From a virus (lineage: Duplodnaviria; Caudoviricetes): a stretch of DNA of 64,000 nt. A program made the translations under genes and the position numbers. Location of the stretch: the IMG/VR virus record IMGVR_UViG_3300033072_000529; one strand, written 5' to 3'. The notes beneath the pieces are model-generated. The model searched no databases. It was not told where the DNA came from and was given only the letters and a program-made list of their open reading frames with translations. Positions 59,404 through 64,000 of the stretch are shown in pieces (position 1 is the stretch's first letter; each line of letters begins with the position of its first letter).

Positions 59404-60357
59404 ATGCCAGGACCGTATTACATTAGCGATTTGATTCCCTCCACGGAGTGCGTAGGAAACTCATTAACCGCAATAAATATCAGCTTATCATCTCTAGATG
59501 TAAATTTGCAACAGTTATCAGCATATTCAGCACAATTGATAGCAGACACTCCAGTAGTCAATGTACTACGTTCCGCACCCAATGTATGTTTCACTAAAGT
59601 TGGAAAGCCTACCACATATGACACCCACTTGTTTGGTGGTATAGGACCAGGACAGTACGATAATATAACAACAATAAACAGCACCTTATCCACCTGGAGT
59701 TCTTGTTTACAGAAACTACCATATATAACAACTGCTCTTAGTGGTTCTCATATACGATTTCCTGCTTTATCATCATCCACCGATTATGACGATCAATTAA
59801 AACTAGCCGTATTCGATAGTTATAATACACTTCATATGAGTTCTGCCGTCAACTTGTTCAAAAATAAGTTGACCATCAAAGATATAACTGGTAGTACCAT
59901 CGTGGCAGGTGCCAGTGCCTTAAAGTTTACTTCGACTGTAACATCCGATGGCCAAGAGGCTATCATAGGTTCTAGCAATCTGACCCTGGAATCATCTCTT
60001 ATATCTTTATATAACTCATCTACTAACACTAGTGATAGCACCAGTATTGATCTAACCTTAGTATCCGGCTACAATGATGCGTATACAATGGTATATCTAT
60101 ATTATGATACGTCTTTATCGTCATCTGATACTGGGATGTCCGGTATATTGAACATGACCGTTAATGGATTCCCCACAGGATCAGTTGCTACACAAGCAGG
60201 TAATAAAGATCGAGACACTGGCTATGTGTTCATAAAGATTCCAATATCTAAGCAATTAGCAGTGGTTAAATCTGCCAGTTATTCATCTACAAGCAGATTC
60301 ACTATAACACCCCCTACTTTCAGTGCTAGGCTTTACCTATATGGTTGGTCAACTTAA
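59404..60357 (+). CDS. Ser/Thr-rich virion appendage protein
   Basis: TATAAATA upstream; I...EC.G.SL..IN....L N-terminal fibre-anchor-like motif. Confidence 0.55.
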   Translation: MPGPYYISDLIPSTECVGNSLTAINISLSSLDVNLQQLSAYSAQLIADTPVVNVLRSAPNVCFTKVGKPTTYDTHLFGGIGPGQYDNITTINSTLSTWSSCLQKLPYITTALSGSHIRFPALSSSTDYDDQLKLAVFDSYNTLHMSSAVNLFKNKLTIKDITGSTIVAGASALKFTSTVTSDGQEAIIGSSNLTLESSLISLYNSSTNTSDSTSIDLTLVSGYNDAYTMVYLYYDTSLSSSDTGMSGILNMTVNGFPTGSVATQAGNKDRDTGYVFIKIPISKQLAVVKSASYSSTSRFTITPPTFSARLYLYGWST

Positions 60358-60571
60358 CCTCTGGTAATACCGCTAATTTTCTAGCACATCTTTTACAGAA
60401 ATTCCAACGTTTTTCTGTTATATAAAAAGTTGTTCGGAATTTACCTCGGCAGGAAGAGCAGGATTCCTTTGGTTTATCTTTTAAAACCAATTGGAAAGCA
60501 TCCAACTGTGCAACTTCTGCATCTGACACTTCATATAATTCTCCTGAGAAAAGTGAAAAAACCCATTTCAT
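60326..60571 (-). CDS. small zinc-binding protein
   Basis: CxxC...CxxC. Confidence 0.55.
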   Translation of the reverse strand: MKWVFSLFSGELYEVSDAEVAQLDAFQLVLKDKPKESCSSCRGKFRTTFYITEKRWNFCKRCARKLAVLPEVKLTNHIGKA

Positions 60572-60572
60572 A

Positions 60573-60938
60573 TTAATTAAATTGTATTTCTAATATCTTA
60601 TTATAGAATTTATTATTATCTATATTATCTTGTTGCTGTGCGAATTGTTCCATACCAGATGTTATGGACTGTTTTTTAGTCAAGGCTTTTAATCTATAAT
60701 CAAAATATATCAGTCCTTCATCGGGATAACTCTCATAGTTGAACGGGTATGGTATTTTCACCGATTCCAATCGTTTTTCTGTTTGAATCTGAAATTCAAT
60801 ATAGAAATTATTAGATAGTACAGATGATTGAAATAGAACGAATTTACCTGATTTATACTCTTCATCTCCGATTGTTAATACTATCTGTTTTTGAAAATGA
60901 GGACGCAGTAGATTTTCTACTATAGTTGATGCAGTCAT
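60573..60938 (-). CDS. hypothetical protein
   Basis: TAAGTA upstream. Confidence 0.6.
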   Translation of the reverse strand: MTASTIVENLLRPHFQKQIVLTIGDEEYKSGKFVLFQSSVLSNNFYIEFQIQTEKRLESVKIPYPFNYESYPDEGLIYFDYRLKALTKKQSITSGMEQFAQQQDNIDNNKFYNKILEIQFN

Positions 60939-60970
60939 ATAGAATACTTATGATTAATCCGACGCAGCGA

Positions 60971-61504
60971 CTACTTTTTTCTATCAAACCAGCTTCTTAC
61001 TCGCTTAAAAAAGCCATCAAATTTATCCTTTATCTTGGCACCTATAGTGGGTTGTGCAGGAGTGTGGGGTGAAACTGTTTTAGGCTTGTTAGGAATAATC
61101 GCTGCGGGCATTCCCACATATCCCATAAAATCTATTTTAGCTTGATTTGACATGTGAATGATATTATCATAAAAATATTGCTTGAATATCTCTTGATCTT
61201 CTTCTGTATCCAAATCCCACTGCTGTTTTATAACAACCTGTTCAGACCCAAATACTCTATAATCTTGTCGTAGTATATCCCATACTACACATAAACCTTT
61301 AGCTTTATAGTTATATCCCATACCCACACCTATAGGTGGTTGAAATAGTAACACTTGACTACCAAAGTCGCCGTTTAATAACTCGTAATTCGTAGTACCC
61401 AACAGACTACGAATGTTAGACCACCCTAACTTAGGGTGGCGTCTAACAAACGATAATTCCACTACTTTGGAACCTAAAATAGCCTGTAGTGCTGCATTGT
61501 TCAC
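60971..61504 (-). CDS. hypothetical protein, possibly Sm/SH3-like (WYL_2-type) fold
   Basis: VVE..F.+R....R...GT.N...V.WD....R.F pattern. Confidence 0.45.
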   Translation of the reverse strand: MNNAALQAILGSKVVELSFVRRHPKLGWSNIRSLLGTTNYELLNGDFGSQVLLFQPPIGVGMGYNYKAKGLCVVWDILRQDYRVFGSEQVVIKQQWDLDTEEDQEIFKQYFYDNIIHMSNQAKIDFMGYVGMPAAIIPNKPKTVSPHTPAQPTIGAKIKDKFDGFFKRVRSWFDRKK

Positions 61505-61515
61505 CTATATATTTA

Positions 61516-61956
61516 TTAGAATATATGAGTGATTTTGTCGGAGATATCTGCCTTGGCTTCTTCTTCGGTGCCTTTATGTTGTATTACAGCCATGACATAA
61601 CTCTCGGCAGTGAAATAGGTTTTATACCCGCCTACCACTTTCATTGCATCATTAGCTAATGCCTGTTGGTGAATCAACACCGTTGTTCCAACTTGGGCAA
61701 ATTTAGTATCCGGTCCAGCCATCAATATTTTACACGGAGAAAATAATCCTCGTATACGGGTAGGATTCACAATAATACTACCCATCATAACTTCATATGC
61801 ATCCGGTTCATCTAACCGTTGAACCCATAAGGCATCTTTATAAAGGGCAGCTATATCCCAATTATTTAAATCTATATCATAGTTGACTATTTTATCTACT
61901 GCGGGGCGTGCATCTAAAAGGGCTTGAACTTGGCGTTGTTGTACTTCATTATCCAT
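61516..61956 (-). CDS. GroES-like co-chaperonin
   Basis: D.L.V, G.I.V, IL.AGP......VG..V, E..V.AV. Confidence 0.6.
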   Translation of the reverse strand: MDNEVQQRQVQALLDARPAVDKIVNYDIDLNNWDIAALYKDALWVQRLDEPDAYEVMMGSIIVNPTRIRGLFSPCKILMAGPDTKFAQVGTTVLIHQQALANDAMKVVGGYKTYFTAESYVMAVIQHKGTEEEAKADISDKITHIF

Positions 61957-61970
61957 GGACGTTATTTACG

Positions 61971-62387
61971 TCATCTTTTAGATTTATACAATACCAAATC
62001 ATCGACTTCCCAATCTTTTATTGCCTCTGGATAGAATTGTAGTATGTTTTTAACCTCATCCGTAGTCCGTTGCCACATAGTTGCAATGTGCTTAATGATC
62101 GCATCATCTGTCTTTTTACTCGTAACAGGTTTAGAACGTTTGATATACTTTGTACCATATATTTTTCTCTTTGGCAATACTAATTTCAAATAATCAAATA
62201 TCATTTGATCATCCATGAATGCATCCCATTTTTTATTGTATATCTCATTGATCACAACGCAATATTCTGGTGATACCATTGATATCCACCGGCATATCAT
62301 ATATGCAGAAAATTGGTCAGATTTACTGAGGGCATAATCAGGTTTATTATAGTGTATATCAGTTAATAGCTCGAAGACTGTTTTCAT
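61971..62387 (-). CDS. gp62: clamp-loader small subunit, gp62-like
   Basis: F..L..I...K, ..YM..RW.SM, N, .DY....LPK.K...YIK; start reassigned to ATG overlapping upstream stop. Confidence 0.65.
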   Translation of the reverse strand: MKTVFELLTDIHYNKPDYALSKSDQFSAYMICRWISMVSPEYCVVINEIYNKKWDAFMDDQMIFDYLKLVLPKRKIYGTKYIKRSKPVTSKKTDDAIIKHIATMWQRTTDEVKNILQFYPEAIKDWEVDDLVLYKSKR

Positions 62388-63106
62388 AGGATATGTCGAA
62401 TCGTTCCGTAGTTTTTTCTGAAAATTTGTGCAGTAGCATGCCATTCGGGATCATTATTGAATTGGCCTAATCCATGATGAATTACAAATATGGGCCATAC
62501 TCCTATTGTGAGATTAGCCTGGATAGCTCTGGCACACATTGCCATATCATAGTGGTGCCATTTCATATCATTGTCAAATAGATTGGGATGTTGTTTCAAC
62601 ACTCCACATTTAAACGACATCAATAATCCATCTATTACCACTACGGGATGAGGCGTTGGTCCGAAGTCCACACTATTAACATATGGTTTATCTGCTGGTA
62701 TGGCATGGGATACGATTCCGTGTAATGCATTAGATACAGGTATAGATAAATGCCATACCGTTGGCTTCGACGTATTTGAATAATCCTGGGCACTAGCACC
62801 TGCAAGTCCAATTATATCATATTGTTTATGGGCGGTTATAAGTTTCTCCACGAACCATAGATCGTGAATCTCTACATCATCATGTATACATACTATAATA
62901 TCATCGTCATTGTAGTTATACATAGTTATCAACTCTGTGGACTTATTATTATAAAGTTCTGATAACCCAGTGGTATTGTCGGGTACTATAGTCCATCTAA
63001 TATTTTTATTAGAGGTGGTCAACTTTTCTAAACATCTATAGGCATTAGTTTCGCTGTAGTCCTCTACAGACATTTTGGTCGGTATTATAAGGTGAATTTG
63101 AGCCAT
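62384..63106 (-). CDS. GT-A family 2-like glycosyltransferase
   Basis: GLS..YN, CIHDDV, IGLAG, V.VIDGL, FD....HHYD...C, H.GLG. Confidence 0.75.
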   Translation of the reverse strand: MAQIHLIIPTKMSVEDYSETNAYRCLEKLTTSNKNIRWTIVPDNTTGLSELYNNKSTELITMYNYNDDDIIVCIHDDVEIHDLWFVEKLITAHKQYDIIGLAGASAQDYSNTSKPTVWHLSIPVSNALHGIVSHAIPADKPYVNSVDFGPTPHPVVVIDGLLMSFKCGVLKQHPNLFDNDMKWHHYDMAMCARAIQANLTIGVWPIFVIHHGLGQFNNDPEWHATAQIFRKNYGTIRHIL

Positions 63107-63114
63107 ATGATAGT

Positions 63115-63143
63115 ATCATACGATAGTTTTGATACACTGTCAA
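63115..63143 (-). promoter_or_regulatory. sigma70-type promoter, leaderless spacing
   Basis: On minus strand TTGACA-17 bp-TATGAT, 8 nt before ATG 63106. Confidence 0.75.
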
Positions 63144-63174
63144 CGGTTATCTATAAATAGATAAATATAACGAT

Positions 63175-63765
63175 ATGACTATACCAAATAAATTTGATAC
63201 TTATCTATTTAAGCTGTTCCAAGAAGCAGGTGCTCCCCTACCACCAAAACCATCAACACCTATTGGAGGTCAGACAGTAGATGAACCCACATCATTAGGC
63301 GATACAGGTGCAGAAGATAACGCAATGAGCGAGTTTCTAGACCCTGATACGAATGCAGATGAGTTCGATGTCAAAGACGGTCTAGGACAAGCTGTAGACC
63401 GTGTAATACAAGATTTCCACACTCGCATGAGTCAATTCGCAAGTGTTGTGGCTCCAGAAAATCTTTCCGGTCTATCATTACCAGATTTAAAAGACCATGT
63501 ATTGGAGATTAAGAAATTTGTGGATAATATCCAAAATAATACCAAACAACAAGCAGGTGAAAAAGCACTGCGTGATCCTGCTGTCGTGGTAGCCCAATAT
63601 ATATCAGAATATGCTGCAAAAACGGCGGCATTTAATGAATTACATTCCAACCTGGAAGAATTCGTAAGTTCTGTGGAAGAAACTGAGCGTCAAATTGCTA
63701 CATTGGCCAGCAAAATTGATGCCTTTATAACTGATGTGGGCGAGGATGATAACGGTGGTCTATAA
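63175..63765 (+). CDS. acidic helical late protein with leader-like N-terminus
   Basis: KFDTYLFKLFQEA; two TAAATA boxes upstream. Confidence 0.65.
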   Translation: MTIPNKFDTYLFKLFQEAGAPLPPKPSTPIGGQTVDEPTSLGDTGAEDNAMSEFLDPDTNADEFDVKDGLGQAVDRVIQDFHTRMSQFASVVAPENLSGLSLPDLKDHVLEIKKFVDNIQNNTKQQAGEKALRDPAVVVAQYISEYAAKTAAFNELHSNLEEFVSSVEETERQIATLASKIDAFITDVGEDDNGGL

Positions 63766-63999
63766 TCTAATCAGACCTCTATTACCTACATAACTATGTT
63801 CTACCAGAAAATCGGGATCGAATTGATCCCGATTTTTTTGTACACAGAACTCGTTTATATCTTTAAATGATTCCACATCTTTCTCATATATAAAAACTCT
63901 CTCTTGATTTAGTAATTTATCCTTTATCTTCTTTCTAACCTGTTCTGATTCCAGTTTATAATTATCCAGTACCCATATCCATGTATGAAATGGATATAA
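63760..63999 (-). CDS. gp61: DNA primase gp61-like, C-terminal fragment (runs off the window)
   Basis: Hand translation ...IWVLDN...ERVFIY...KDINE...SYVG.RGLIRL*, matching the T4-type TOPRIM end. Confidence 0.7.
   Translation of the reverse strand, partial: LYPFHTWIWVLDNYKLESEQVRKKIKDKLLNQERVFIYEKDVESFKDINEFCVQKNRDQFDPDFLVEHSYVGNRGLIRL
63808..63839 (+). terminator. intrinsic terminator for 63175-63765, lying inside the primase CDS
   Basis: AAAATCGGGATC-GAATT-GATCCCGATTTTTTT. Confidence 0.6.
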
Positions 64000-64000
64000 T

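Noticed and set aside
1-64000. Stop-codon reassignment
   Set aside because: Conserved genes are full-length in the standard code, and TAG and TGA both occur as plausible stops

Overview
Fragment of a large, AT-rich, T4-like (gp23-superfamily) myophage genome read in the standard code. Layout: (i) 1-2.9 kb, a GC-richer island of small genes plus a RuvB-like ATPase, most genes behind a copy of a repeated sigma70-type promoter; (ii) 3.1-13.3 kb, a cluster of nine non-structural-looking genes (two T7 gp0.7-like protein kinases, a zincin, two PcfJ-like proteins, a GNAT-like protein, a four-module repeat protein and others) that all start with the same short leader, M-x-F-L-D/E-F/Y...L/I/V-x-E, resembling the T4 internal-protein capsid-targeting/gp21-cleavage leader; (iii) 13.4-16.5 kb, small genes, a GIY-YIG endonuclease sitting between two copies of the 5' end of a GDP-mannose-epimerase-like gene, and an HNH protein; (iv) 16.5-60 kb, a shuffled T4-type virion module (gp25, gp6, portal, gp13/14/15, gp21/22/23, gp16/17, gp18, gp3-like, fibres), many proteins carrying large Cys-rich or coiled-coil insertions, with an ATP-dependent ligase, a Hef-like endonuclease, a TM-PAS protein and a Gln-terminated intein in TerL; (v) 60-64 kb, GroES-like, clamp-loader small subunit, glycosyltransferase and the 3' end of primase. 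Most late genes have TAA(A/G)TA 5-9 nt before the start codon and no Shine-Dalgarno, implying leaderless mRNAs. The best candidate for a new system is the putative capsid-packaged, protease-matured set of injected enzymes, including a polyprotein with internal copies of the leader. All family calls come from motif recognition by eye; no database search was run.
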